64,000 bases of DNA from Malacoraja senta. Lineage: Eukaryota. The position numbers and the translations under genes were made by a program. The notes beneath the pieces were generated by a model. That model was given only the letters and a program-made list of their open reading frames with translations, did not search any database and was not told the DNA's origin. The stretch lies in the NCBI GenBank assembly GCA_038087875.1, contig CM075997.1, positions 2,730,001 through 2,794,000 of the forward strand. Reading direction: 5' to 3'. Positions 13,683 through 26,561 of this stretch are shown here, one piece after another; position 1 is the first letter of the stretch; each line of letters starts with the position of its first letter.

Positions 13683-14694
13683 TTATTTATTATGGCCTCC
13701 CCCTGTAGCAGATTAACATTTGCCCAGATGACTCTGCAATGTGTTATAGAAACTTTTTCCTAGAGCCCTGGCAACATTCTCGTAGGTCTTCTCTGCTTTC
13801 TAAGTCAAGTGGCAGTCTATTTTTATCAACACCCATTTCCCAACATATGATGAGGGTTTGACTGTACTCGCTGGAGTTTAGGATGGGGGGGGGGGGGGGG
13901 GCCTCATTGAAACTCACAGAACAGTGAAAGGCCTGGATAGAGTGGATGTGGAGAGGATGTTTCCACTAGAGAGAGAGTCTAGGACTAGAGGGCACAGCCT
14001 CAGAATTAAAGGACGTTCCTTTAGGAAGGAGATGAGGAGGAATTTCTGTAGTCAGAGGGTGGTGAATCTGTGGAATTCTTTGCCACAGATGGCTGTGGAG
14101 GCCAAGTCGGTGGATATTTTTAAAGCAGAGATAGATAGATTCTTGATTAGTTCTGGGGTTATGGGGAGAAGGCAGGAGAATGGGGTTAAGGGGGAGAGAT
14201 AGATCAGCCATGGTGGGGTAGACTGGATGGGCTGAATGGCCTAATTCTACTCCTGTCACTTATGAACATTTGCTCAGATGACTCTGCAATGTGTTCTAGA
14301 AATCCGTTCTATGGGAACACCCGTGGGTTTCCGGTTTCCTCCCACATCCTAAAGGATGTGTGGGTTTGTGGGTTAACTGGCCCTCTGTGAATGGACCTTA
14401 GTATGTTGGGAGTGGATGAGAAAGTGGGATAACATGTATAAACAGGTGATCGATGATTGACACGGACTCGGTGGGCCAAGGGGCCTGTTTCCATGCTGTA
14501 TCTAAACTAAACTAAGTCACTCACTGGTGGGATCCAGTTTTTGTGCCTCTTGCTAATTGCCCTTGCTGAGGAGGTTCAGAGGGCAGTTCAAAACAGTACA
14601 GTCATAGCTCAGAGAACATTTCTTCCCACACGCTGTATCTCTAACTAAACCAGCAGATCTAGACACTACCTGTCTGATCCATCATCTGCTCTGC

Positions 14695-15382
14695 TGTGTG
14701 TGTGTCTGACTGTCTCTGTCTGTGTGCGCGTGTGTCTGTCTGTGTCTCTGTCTGTGTGCGCGTGTGTGTCTGTCTGTGTCTCTGTCTGTGTCTCTGTCTG
14801 TGTCTCTGTCTGTGTCTCTGTCTGTGTCTCTGTCTGTGTGCGCGTGTGTGTCTCTCTGTGTCTCTGTCTGTGTCTGTCTGTGTCTGTCTGTGTCTCTGTC
14901 TGTGTCTCTGTCTGTGTGCGCGTGTGTGTCTGTCTGTGTCTCTGTCTGTGTCTCTGTCTGTGTCTCTGTCTGTGTCTCTGTCTGTGTCTCTGTCTGTGTC
15001 TCTGTGTCTCTGTCTGTGTCTCTGTCTGTGTCTCTGTCTGTGTCTCTGTCTGTGTCTCTGTCTGTGTCTCTGTCTGTGTCTCTGTCTGTGTCTCTGTCTG
15101 TGTCTCTGTCTGTGTCTCTGTCTGTGTCTCTGTCTGTGTCTCTGTCTGTGTCTCTGTCTGTGTCTCTGTCTGCCTCTGTCTGTGCCTCTGTCTGTGCCTC
15201 TGTCTGTGCCTCTGTCTGTGCCTCTGTCTGTGCCTCTGTCTGTGCCTCTGTCTCTGTGTGTGACTGTCTCTGTGTGTGTCTATGTGTGTGACTGTCTGTG
15301 TGTGTGTGTGACTGTCTGTGTGTGTCACTGTCTCCGTCTGTGTGTGACTGTCTCTGTCTGTGTGTGTGTGTGTGTGTGTCTC
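14695..15382. repeat. Compound microsatellite (TGTGTCTCTGTC)n / (TG)n
   Basis: Directly visible 12-mer array with variant blocks. Confidence 0.97.
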
Positions 15383-17946
15383 TGAGAGAGGCTGCTGCAC
15401 CCACTCTGACTCCTCCTGCACTCTGCCTCTACAACCATGTTTTAACCCAAACTCGCATTCATTTGTTCTATATCTCTCATTTCCCTCTCCCCTGACTCAG
15501 TCCAAAGAAGGGTCTCGACCCGAAACGTCACCTATTCCTTTTCTCCTGAAATGCTGCCTGTCCCACTGAGTTACTCCAGCAGTTTCGACACGAAACGTTG
15601 CCTATTTCCATCGCTACATAGATGCTGCCTCACCCGCTGAGTTTCTCCAGCATTTTTGTCTACCTTCGATTTTCCAGCATCTGCATTTCTTCTTAAACAT
15701 CCAGCATTTTGTGTCTGTGTCTGGTATAAACCAGCATCTGCAGCTCCTTCCTGCAGGTTAATTGACTTCCAGAGTGTGTAGGATAATGCAGATTAGCTCC
15801 TTCCCAACACTGGCACTTTTTAAGCCCCTTTTAAAAGAGTCTGGGGACTTTCCGACTGTTCTTTCAACTCTCTGGTTTGTGGTCCGTGTCTCGGACCCGG
15901 GAGTGGGTGGGGGGAGGGGGAAGGGGGATGAGAGTTACAAGTTCACTTCAGCTGTGGGGTTGGGGGTGGGGATGGCCTCTCTGTCTGCCCGGTCGGTCCC
16001 AAGGGGGGGTTTGTGCACTGCGGCAATGACTGTGGAAATTGCATCAGCTGCGGACTTAAACTGCAAGTTGCAGCCTGCCAAAAATAGCCAGTGTAGGAAG
16101 CAATAATCTCTTGGCTCTGGCCCACCAGTGCTGTCTGCGTGACTGTCCCTGCACAGACATGGGTGTCATTATCCCAGAATGCTGGAGTAACTCAACGGTT
16201 CAGGCAGCTTCTGTGGAGAGAAGGAACGGGTGACCTTTTGGGTCTAGACCCTTCTTCAGAGCATTTCTAGAGATGCAGCACTTCCCCCTCTGGCCACCCA
16301 CTCATCCTTAGAAACATAGACAATAGGTGCAGGAGTAGGCCATTCGACCTTCGGGCTAGCACCGCCATCAAATATGATCATGGCAGATAATCCGAAATCA
16401 GTACCCCGTTCCTGCTTTTTCCCCCATAGCCCTTGATTCCGTTAGCTCTAAGAGCTAAATCTAACTCTCTCTTGAAAACATCCAGTGAATTGGCCTCCAC
16501 TGCCTTCTGTGGCAGAGAATTCCACACATTCACAACTCTCTGGGTGAAAGAGTTTTTTTCTCATCTCAGTCCTAAATGGCCGACCCCTTATTCTTAAACT
16601 GTGTGTGACCCCTGGTTCTGGCTCCTATCCTCTCCTGGCCCTCCTTGCCCTCATTCCTCCTCCACCAAGGTCCCGCAAAATCACCTCCACCCCCTTCAAG
16701 CCCTCGCAATGGGATAGTATCTCCCCCCCCCTTTCTGATTCACGCCCCTCCTTCTATTCCCATACGATACAAATGCTTCTCGGTGCCACAGTGAGGGCCT
16801 GGCGTTGGGAGAGCTCTTTCCTCCATCTCTTTGTTTCCCTGCCAAGGACATTTTGTCCTCTTTATTGGAGAAGTTTCCAAGTTGTAGATTTTTTTTTCAA
16901 ACTCTACCACAGAGACGTTTAATACCAGCGAGGAATTTAACCGATGTGCGTTGCAGGTGGAAGTCTCTGAACGTGCGAACTTTAACTTAACCCTGTGTTG
17001 GAGTCGCGTTCGGTTTATTGCCCGTGTACCGAGGTACAATAGACAATAGGTGCAGGAGTAGGCCATTTGGCCCTTCGAGCCAGCACCGACGTTCAATGTG
17101 ATCATGGCTGATCATCCCCAATCAGTCAGTCCCCAATCAGTGAAAAGCGTTTTGTTGCGTGCCAGCAGAAAGACAATACATGATTACAATCGAGCCATTG
17201 ACCGTCAGTCTGTTGATCTAAGATCCCAAGAGTGCTTTTCCCACCCCCGCCCTCCCGCTCCGCCTTCACGATTCAAGAGAGTTTATTGTCATGTGTCCCA
17301 GATAGGACAATGAAATTCTTGCTTTTGAACAACAGAATATAGAAGGCATTGACTACAAAACAGATCAGTGTGTCCATATACCATTATATAAATATATCAA
17401 CACATGAATAAATAAACTGATAAAGTGCAAATAAACAGATAATGGGCTATTAATGTTCAGAGTTTTGTTTGAGTTGAGTTTAATAGCCTGATGGCTGTGG
17501 GGAAGTAGCCTATTCCTGAAACCTGGACGTTGCAGTCTTCAGGCTCCTGTACCTTCTACCCGAAGGTAGAGGGGAGATGAGTGTGTGGCCAGGATGGTGT
17601 GGGTCCTTGATGATACTGCAGCCTTTTGAGGCAGCGACTGCGATAGATCCCCTCGCATCCAATGGTAAAGGCTGTCATCTTATCGGTTAACAGAGACCTG
17701 AATTGCTGCCGTAACTCGTATGTTTAAGGTGAGGGGAGAAAGATTTAATAGAACCTGAGGGCTAACTTTTTCTCATTAAGGTGGTGGGTTGTATGGAATG
17801 AGCTGCCGGAGGAGGCAGGTACTATAACAGCATTTGGACAGGTCCATTTCCTTCGCTCCATAGATGCTGCCGCACCCGCTGAGTTTCTCCAGCATTTTTG
17901 TCTACCTTCCATGGATAGGACAGGTTTAGAGGGATATGAGCCAAAC

Positions 17947-18318
17947 CAGGGGTGGGGAACCTTTTCATGGTGGAAGGCCGCATTAAGTTAGCTGTGATCT
18001 AATAAGGCCGCATCCAAGTAACTTCAATTAGATATACTTCAAAATGTACATTATTTTGTTAAAATAGCCCTCATGACTTACTAATGTTTTAATTGTGGCC
18101 GTCAGGCGGGGAGGTTAATTTCGTTGAATCTTCTTTTACTCTTTGGTATTTTAAATACGTTCATTTTAAGATTAAAATAAAAAGAATAAAAGATGAACAA
18201 AAACATATAAATAATAATAAAAAGATTTGTTCTACAAAATTTGGTTTCATTCAAAAGGCTGCACTTAATGGCTTAGAAGGCCACATGTGGCCTTAAGGTT
18301 GGAGGTTCCCTTCCCCTG
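17947..18318. mobile_element. hAT-type non-autonomous element
   Basis: TIR caggggtggggaacc / ggttcccttcccctg; 8-bp TSD agccaaac/ggccaaac. Confidence 0.82.
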
Positions 18319-18494
18319 GGCCAAACGCAGGCAGGTGGACTAGTGTAGGTGGGGCATGTTGGTCAGTGTGGGCAAGCTGGGCCGTCTCCACGCTGTATGA
18401 CTCGGAGCTTTAGACATTCAACTTTAGAGATACATCGTGGAAACAAACAGGCCCTTCAGCCCATGCGTTGGATCAGAAAACAATGAGATCAGGG

Positions 18495-18945
18495 GTAGAT
18501 AAAAATGCTGGAGAAACTCAGCGGGTGAGGCAGCATCCATGGAGCGAAGGAAATGGGCAACGTTTCGGGCCAAAACCCAAAACCCTTCTTCAGACTGATG
18601 TGAGGGTGGGGGGGGGGGGGGGGGAAGAAGAAAGGAAAAAGGAAAAAGGAAGAGGAGCCCGAGGGCTGAGGGAGAGCTGAGAAGGGGAGGAGCCAGCAAG
18701 GGCTACCGGAAATTGGAGAATTCAATGTTTATGCCACTAGGGTGCAGACTGCCCAAGCGGAATATGAGGTGCTGTTCCTCCAATTTGCGGTGGTGCTCAC
18801 TCTGGCCATGGAGGAGGCCCAGGATAGAGAGGTCGGATTTGGAATGGGAGGGGGAATTGAAGTGCTGAGCCACAGGGAGATCAGGTTGGTTAATGCGGAC
18901 CGAGCGGAGGTGTTCGGCGAAACGATCGCCAAGCCTATGCTGGGG
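18495..18945 (-). mobile_element. Penelope-like element 3' fragment (GIY-YIG end + terminal repeat)
   Basis: Encodes the ...RKLEEQHLIFRLG.L.P..IN-type C-terminus. Similar pieces at 4225-4720, 22795-23150 and 44230-44855. Confidence 0.75.
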
Positions 18946-20729
18946 GGGGGGGGGGGAGAAGAAAGTATCAGGGGAATGACTGGAGCTGTGGATTTTAAAA
19001 GAGCGATTTTTATTTCTTGAAGTGGTGTGTGGGCAAGATGTCTGGTGACTGAGTGGTTGTGTTAGAATGGGAATAAGTCGGAGATGTAGATTTCCTTCTG
19101 ATTCAGTGCAGCCATGCTGCTGCCAAGAGTAGCCCTGGAAAACTAATCTTTGTCAGATCCATGATCGCCAGCTGGAAGAAAGATCAGAAGCTGCTTCTTT
19201 TATTTTATTTTTAATTAACTTTAAGACGTTATTCAATGCCTGAGGGAGTCGTACAGTACAGATCCAGTCCCTTTGAACAGCTGACCATTCTTGCGCTAAT
19301 CTGACTCTAATCCTTTACTCCTGTCGACTCTCATCGAGTCCTAGATTCATACAGCATGGAAACAGGCCCCTCAGCCCATAGGGGCACAAAGTGCTGGGGG
19401 AACTCAGCGGGCCAGGCAGCATCTCTGGAGAACATGGATAGGAGACATTTCAGGTCTGGACATTTCTTTGACATGGATAGGTGACGTTTTGGGTCAGGAC
19501 CCTTCAGGTCCCCTATCCATGTTTAGTTTAGTTTAGAGATACAGCACGGAAACAGGCCCACCGGGTCCACGCTGACCAGCGATCCATGCATATTAACATT
19601 ATCCTACACCCACTAGGGACAATTTTTACATTTACCAAGCCAATTAACCTACAAACCTGTACGTCTTTGGAGTGTGGGAGGAAACTGAAGATCTTGGAGA
19701 AAACCCACGCAGGTCATGGGGAGAACGTACAAACTCCGTAGTCAGGATCGAACCCAGGTCTCTGGCGCTGCATTCGCTGTAAGGCAGCAACTCTACTGCT
19801 GCCTTAGGGTAGTGCTACCGCAGCCTTAAGAGGGTCCCGGCCCAAAACATCCCTTTAGATTCCAACCCAAAACATCACCTATCCACGCTCTCCAGAGATG
19901 CTGCCTGACCCGCTGAGTTACTCCAGCACTTTGTGTTCTTTTGTGTATTGACCAGCACCTGCAGTTCCTTGTTTCTACTCTTCGGCCCAACTTGCCCATG
20001 CTGACCAAGATGCCCGTGCAAGATGCATCTACACTAGCCTCACCTGACCGCGTTTGGCCCAGGTGCCACCAAACCATTCCCACCCATGCAGTTGTCCCAG
20101 ATTCCTCCTGTCACCCGCACTCCAGGGGCAAGTTACAGCCACCAAATAACTCGCCAACCGCATGTCTTTGGGTTACTTTTTAGAGTTATCTCTTCTTTTT
20201 AGTTTAGAGATACAGGTTGGAAACGGGTCCTTCGCCTCACTGAGTTCACGCCAACCAGCGATCACCCCGTACACTAGCACTATCCTACACACTAGAGACA
20301 AGTTTACGACTTGCCAAAGCCAATCAACCTACAAACCTGTACATCTCGGAAATGTGGGAGGAAACCGGAGCACCCGGAGTAAACCCACGCGGTCACAAGG
20401 AGAACGTACAAACTCCGTGCAGACAGTACCCATAGTGGGATCGAACCCGGGTCTCTGGCGCCGTGAGGCAGCAACTCTACCGCTGCGCCACCGTGCATCT
20501 ATTGCCACAGTTGAAGAAGTGTACACCAACATCAGACCTGAAACGTCACCAATTCCTTCTCTCCAGAGACGCTGCCTGTCCCGCTGAGTTACTCCAGCAT
20601 TTTGTGTCTATCTTTGGTTTAAATCAGCATCTGCAGTTCCTCCCTTACGTGAATGAGTTTGATCAGAGAACAATGAGATAAGGGAAGTGACTGGAGCCGT
20701 GGATTTTAAAAAGAGCCACTTTTATTTAT

Positions 20730-21360
20730 TAACAAGTGGGACCCATTGGGTCCCTGTCACATGGGAGGCCTGGTCCCCCAATGCAACCCGTTCACCAACG
20801 CAATATTGCACCACTAACCCGTAGCCCCCACGGGAGGCATGGTTCCCCCACTCCCCCAACCCATTGCCGAACATAAGATTCCAGCACTCCCCTGCCTCCC
20901 CCAGCACTGGGCTTAAAAAAAAAATCGAATAGCACTACCCCAATTGAAATACCAATTCACCCTCCCCCCTCCTGTCCTGCCAGGAGCTGGAGTATGTGTT
21001 GTATGATGGCAACATTGTTGCAAATGTCAGGTGGAGGACTGTGATATCCCATCCAGGTGAAAAGTTGGTGGAAGCACAGAGTGTTCCGGTATTGCAACTT
21101 TGTATCAAAATTTGTTGGAAGCTGGCAGGAAGGATTTTAACAGTAAAATATCTTGTTAACGTTTTTTAAACCTTGAAATATCAATAACTTGTGAAATGTA
21201 ACCTCAAATGTGAAGAAACTTGATACGAACGACCATGGGAAAAAGCTGAGTAAGATTCTGCAAATAGTTTTTGCGCTATTGTGTACCGTTTTGGCATAGC
21301 TCCTGAGATCACAGACAGAGAGACAAATAAACAAGTCGAGACTTTTAATAGTATATAGAT
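20730..21360 (+). mobile_element. Probable Helentron/HINE-like non-autonomous insertion
   Basis: Begins taacaag, ends ttttaatagtatatagat, and splits a segment that is contiguous in its paralogous copy at 18970-19085. Confidence 0.5.
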
Positions 21361-22608
21361 GTGGTGTGCACATGAGGTATGGTGACTGAGTGGTTATGTT
21401 AGAAGGGGAATGCCGGAGATTGGCAGGAGGAATCAGGGTAAATTCCACCACAACTGCTGATCCTACAACAAATCCGACCACATCTGTAGGAATGAGCATA
21501 AAACCCCGCCACAACGGCTGAAGAATGAACGCTATTAATCTATCACATCTGGCATTGTGAGCCATTGCCAGATGTTGTGGAAGCACTGGATTAACATTAA
21601 AACCCAGATGGTTTACAAAAGTACTTTGTGGGAGGAAACATTAGCTCCAGAGTGATGGCTATTACACTGTTCTGATCTGCCCTCTGAAACCCCCTTCAGA
21701 CTGGAGCATGGATACAGACCCTTCGGCCGACCAATGACTTGAAGGGCCGAATGGCCTAATTCTGCTCCTATCCCATATGAACATGAACCTTGACCTTACC
21801 CTGGAGTCAAACACGCCTGGTCTGAAGAAGGGTCTTGACCCGAAGCGTCACCCATTCCATCTCTCCAGAGATGATGCCTGGCCCGCTGAGTTACTCCAGC
21901 ATATTGTGTCTACGGTGTAAAGCAGCATCTGCAGTTCCTTGCTGTGCAGACTCACTGGTTGTGTTCAGGCTCATCGTCCAGTTTGTCTTCTCCAGTGTCC
22001 TTCCTACACACTTTAGACGCCCTTCAATTGCCTGTCTTGTCTCCAACCCCTCTCAGTGAGTCTGCAATAAGGTCATATGGGATAGGAGCAGAATTAGGCC
22101 ATTGGCTCATCAAGTCCTCTCCACCATTCAATCATGGCTGATCTAACTCTCCCTGTGAACTCCATTCTCTGCCTTCTCCCCATAACCTCTGACACCCGTA
22201 CTAATCAAGAATCTATCTATCTCTGCCATAAAAATATCCATTGACGGCCTCCACAGCCTTTTGTGGCAAACAATCCCACAGATTCGCCACCCTCTGGCTA
22301 AAGAAATTCCCCCTCACCTCCTTCCTAAAGGAACATCCTTTAATTCTGAGGCTATGATCTAGACTCTCCCACTAATGGAAACATCCTCTCCACATCCACT
22401 CTATCCAAGCCTTTCACTATTCAGTATGTTCCAATGAGGTCCCCCCTCATCAGTCTAAACTCCAGCGAGTACAGGCCCAGCTGGGCATGTTTTGCTCACG
22501 TTTAGCGCCGAGACCTATGGCCTGGAAGTGGTGAGGTTGAGCAAGGGGAGAGGGGGGGGGAACGATTTCTGTAAGTTACAAGCACTAAATGTCTCTCTCT
22601 TCTTCCAG

Positions 22609-22630
22609 GTGTCCAGCCAGGCTCCAGGAG
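22609..22630 (+). CDS. VEGF-family gene (VEGFA/PGF/VEGFB clade), short exon 2 (VSSQAPG)
   Basis: Polypyrimidine tract + ttccag acceptor and G|gtaagc donor. The 22-nt exon ends in phase 1, and G+TC gives Val in frame with exon 3, the usual VEGF exon 2/3 junction. Confidence 0.7.
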
Positions 22631-23315
22631 GTAAGCTTTGATGCACACGAGATCCAGAGTTTATTTCTGGGCAAAGATAGGAGACCGGGGGTGGGGCAGA
22701 CCTGCCGGGACTGAGCGCCACCCTAGTGTTACCAAGTACAGCACCTCTTCTCCCTTCCCTCCCCCGAGCAGACACTCACACACCCGATTAGTCCCCCTCC
22801 CATTCCCCACGCTGACCTTTCTGTCCTGGGCCACCTCCAATGTCGGAGTGAGGCCCAGCGCGAATTGGAGGAGCAGCATCTCATCTTTCGCTTGGGCAGC
22901 TTACACCCCAGCGGGATGAACACTGACTTCTCCAACTTCAAGTAACTCTTGCTTTCCCTCTCTCTCCATCCCCTCCCCACCCTAGTTCTCCGACTAGTTC
23001 CACCGTGTCCTGATTAAACTTTACTGATTGGGTGCCTCGTTGTCACCTTCCCCTCACCTCACAATGAACCGTTCTATATCTCCTTGGTCATCGTCCCCTT
23101 TGATCTATGTTTTCCATATCTCTGTCTCCCTCTCCCCTAACTCTCAGTCCTTCTGCAGTTCCTTCCAACACATTCCCCCTCCCCCTCCCTCTCCTCTTTT
23201 TAACTCTATTACATATTCCCTCCCCCTTCCCCCCTCCTCCCCCTCTCCCCCCCTCTCCCTCTCAGCGCCACTGTGCTGCCCATGGACAGTTCCTCGTATA
23301 ATCAAGTTCTACTAA

Positions 23316-23984
23316 AGGGCCTGTCCCACGAGCATGCGACTGCATGCGGCAAGCGCGACCTAACCGGAAGCGGGGGCCGCGCGGAGGTCGAGTGATTGAC
23401 GTGAAGTTCGAGCGAAGTCCGCAGGAAGGGACAGAAGTTTAGGGGGAACATTAGGGGGAACTTCTTTACTCAGAGAGTGGTAGCTGTGTGGAATGAAGTG
23501 GAAGTGGTGGAGGCAGGTTCGATGTTATCCTTTAAAAATAGATTGGATGGGTATATGGACGGGAAAGGAATGGAGGGTTGTGGTCTGAGTGCAGGTAGAT
23601 GGGACTAGGGGGAAGTATTTTATTTTTAATTTAAAAAAAAAAAAAAAAAAAAAATTTAAATGTTCGGCACGGACTTGAAGGGCCGAGATGGCCTGTTTCC
23701 GTGCTGTTATGGTTATATGGTTATATGGAAGTTCGCGCGTGACGTACGGCGTAAAGACGCTGCGTACGGCGTCGAGGCGGCTGCGGGCCAGCAGGCCGTT
23801 GCCGCGCGGGATTTTTGAACAGTGTCAGTTTTTCGGAGCCCCGCGCGATGTCGGGACCAGCTCTGCACAACTCCATGCGGCTCCAGCGATCGAAGTGGGA
23901 CCGGCCCCGCGAGGCCGTACGGCTCAAGCGACCACGTTAGGTTGCGCTTGCTGCATGCAGTCGCATGATCGTGGGACAGGCCCT
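23316..23984. mobile_element. PIF/Harbinger-type MITE with nested CR1-like fragment (~23428-23726)
   Basis: TIRs agggcctgtcccacgagcatgcgactgcatgc / gcatgcagtcgcatgatcgtgggacaggccct with TAA TSD. Confidence 0.88.
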
Positions 23985-24112
23985 TAAGTGTGGGGTAGGA
24001 TGGGGACTGGGAAACACTGCCCGAGTCTTGGCCAGTCCACAGTGAGGCTCGGCCTCAGCATGGTGACCCAGCGAGGCGGGTGATGTGTGTGTGTGTGTGT
24101 CTGTTCCCCCAG

Positions 24113-24309
24113 TCATGCCGTTTGAGGAGGTGTGGAACCGGAGCTACTGCCACACCATCGAGGTGCTGGTGGAGGTTGTGCGGGAGTTTCCCACCGAGTC
24201 CGAGTGGATCTTCAAACCCTCCTGCGTCCCCCTTCTGCGCTGCGCTGGCTGCTGCGGGGACGAGAAGCTGCGATGTACGGCACGGGACGTGTACAACATC
24301 ACCCTACAG
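24113..24309 (+). CDS. VEGF-family gene, exon 3 (PDGF/VEGF cystine-knot domain, N-part)
   Basis: (V)MPFEEVWNRSYCHTIEVLVEVVREFPTESEWIFKPSCVPLLRCAGCCGDEKLRCTARDVYNITLQ contains the PSCVxxxRCxGCC signature. 197 nt, ccccag acceptor, CAG|gtgagg donor. N-glycosylation sequons NRS and NIT. Confidence 0.95.
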
Positions 24310-24568
24310 GTGAGGGGTACAACATCACTGTACAGGTGAGGGGACATGTACAACATCACCATACAGGTGAGGGGTACAACATCACTGGACAGGTGAGGGG
24401 ACATGTACAACATCACCATACAGGTGAGGGGACATGTACAACATCACCATACAGGTGAGGGGTACATCACTGTACAGGTGAGGGGACATGTACAACATCA
24501 CCATACAGGTGAGGGGTACAACATCACCATACAGGTGAGGTGTACAACATCACCGTACAGGTGAGGGG
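24285..24568 (+). repeat. Minisatellite of the VEGF exon-3 end + splice donor (10 copies, 23-31 nt units)
   Basis: (ggacatg)tacaacatcaccatacaggtgagggg repeated; CAGGTGAG at 24307, 24333, 24364, 24390, 24421, 24452, 24475, 24506, 24532, 24558. Confidence 0.95.
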
Positions 24569-24799
24569 GAGGGACCCCCTCACCATCGGTTAAAAATTGT
24601 AAATTGTCCCTAGTGTGTAGGATAGTGTTTAACGATCGTTGGTCGGCACGGACTCGTTGGGCTGAAGGGCCTGATTCCCCACTCTATGTCTAAAGTAAAC
24701 TAAAGTAAGAGGAAACGGCTGCGGGCGTGTGGCTGGGTGACTGGGAAAAGCCCTCGTGCTTCAAGGGTAACCAACCTTAAAACGCCCGGTGTTTTCCAG

Positions 24800-24879
24800 G
24801 TCATTAAGTTAAAGCCTTTGGAGCAGGTGACCAGGCCCGAGGAGATGACCTTCATGGAGCACAGTAGCTGTGAATGCCG
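24800..24879 (+). CDS. VEGF-family gene, exon 4 (cystine-knot C-part)
   Basis: VIKLKPLEQVTRPEEMTFMEHSSCEC(R) with the HxxCEC motif. tttccag acceptor, CG|gtgagc donor, 80 nt. Confidence 0.95.
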
Positions 24880-26038
24880 GTGAGCAAGGTGTGGGGTCGG
24901 TGGGTGGTCTAAGTGCTGACTTGTTAAAGTGGGGAGAGGGGAGGGAGGGCTCATTCACGGGGTTCACGGGTTCATGGGTTCACGGGTTCATGGGGTTCTC
25001 TCCAACCCTCTGCCCCCACCCCGCCTGACAGGAATCCTCCTCCAGAGAGAACAGTTATTGAGTCAGAAGAAGGGTCTCGACCCGACACGTCACCTATTTC
25101 CTTCGCTCCATAGATGCTGCCTCACCCGCTGAGTTTCTCCAGCATTTTTGTCCATCTTTGGGATGTGGGAGGAAAACCGAAAAAAAAACCACACAGTCAC
25201 ATGGAGAACGTGTAAACTCCACATAGACAGCATTCTAAAGTCTTGTGAACGCCTCTCCCTGGAGCTAAAACTCAAAAGTGCTGGAGTAGGTCGGTGGCTC
25301 AGGCAGCATTTCTGGAGGACATTTAGTTTAGTTTGGAGATACTGCATGGAAACAGGCCCTTCGGCCCATTGAGTCCCCACGCCGGCCAGCAATCACCCCG
25401 TACTCTAGCACTATCCTACACACACTGGGGACAATTTACAGAAACCAAAAAAACTACAAACCTGTACGTCTTTGGGATGTGTGACGAATCCGGAGCACCC
25501 GGAGAAAACCCACACGCTCACGGAGAGAGCGTACAGTCTCCTTTCAGACAGCACCCGTGTTCAGGATCGAACCCCGGTCTCTGCCACTGTGAGGCAGCAA
25601 CTCTACCGCTGTGCCACCGTGCCACCCTTCCCTTGTAACAGATTCAGACGTAACTTATAAAAAGTGCTGGACAGATATTTAAACGAGATATTTACAGGAT
25701 CATTTACAAGGTCAGAAGGAATAGGAGTAGAATTAGGCCATTCGGCCCATCAAGTCTACTCCGCCATTCAACCATGCCTGATCTATCTCTCCCTCCTAAC
25801 CCCATTCTCCTGCCTTCTCCCATAACTCTCCTGCCTTCTCCCCATAACCCCTGACACCCTACTAATCAAGAATCTATCTATCTCTGCCTTAATATATCCA
25901 CTGATCCACCAGAGCTATTGTTAGAGGAGAAAAGAGTTGGATAGCAGTCAAAGTGCTAGCAAGTATAAGATGGGTAGAATGGCCTGTTTGTAGGTGTGTT
26001 GTATTACACTTCCCTCTTATATCTCTCCTCTGTTTCAG

Positions 26039-26069
26039 GACCAAGGCGGAAACGATTGAAAGGTGACAG
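26039..26069 (+). CDS. VEGF-family gene, exon 5 (31 nt as assembled; reading frame ambiguous)
   Basis: tgtttcag acceptor and AG|gtacgc donor. Removing one base gives RPRRKRLKGDR, a 30-nt basic exon like VEGF exon 5. As assembled it reads RTKAETIER-stop. Confidence 0.7.
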
Positions 26070-26561
26070 GTACGCAAATCGCTGTATTGATTCAACATCC
26101 GAGAATGAATCTGGAAATCTCTTTGACGTTCGCTGGAACTTAGAATGATGAGAGGGGATCTTGTAGAATCATAAAATTCTTTAAGGGATTGGACAGGCTA
26201 AATGCAGGAAACATGTTCCCGATGTTGGGGGAGTCCAGAACCAGGGGTCACAGTTAAGAATAAGGGGTCGGCCATTTTGGACTGAGATGAGGAAAAACGT
26301 TTTTCACCCAGAGAGTTGTGAATCTGTGGAATTCTCTGCCACAGAAGGCAGCGGAGGCGATTCACTGGATGTTTCAGAGAGAGTTGGATTTAGCTCCAAG
26401 GGCTAACGGAATCGAGGGATATGGGGAACGGGGTACTGATTTTGGATGATCAGCCATGATCATATTGAATGGAGGTGCTGGCTTGAAGGGCCGAATGGCC
26501 TACACCTGCACCTATTTTCTATGTTTCTTAGTTTTACGTAACGGGCTATGTTTTCTTTCAG

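Noticed and set aside
14666..15421. Long ORFs in five frames (TETQ/RHRQ/CLCL repeats)
   Set aside because: Translation of a stop-free microsatellite; no splice or homology support.
24285..24568. CRISPR-like appearance of regular short repeats
   Set aside because: No unique spacers, no cas genes, vertebrate DNA; it is a minisatellite of an exon end.
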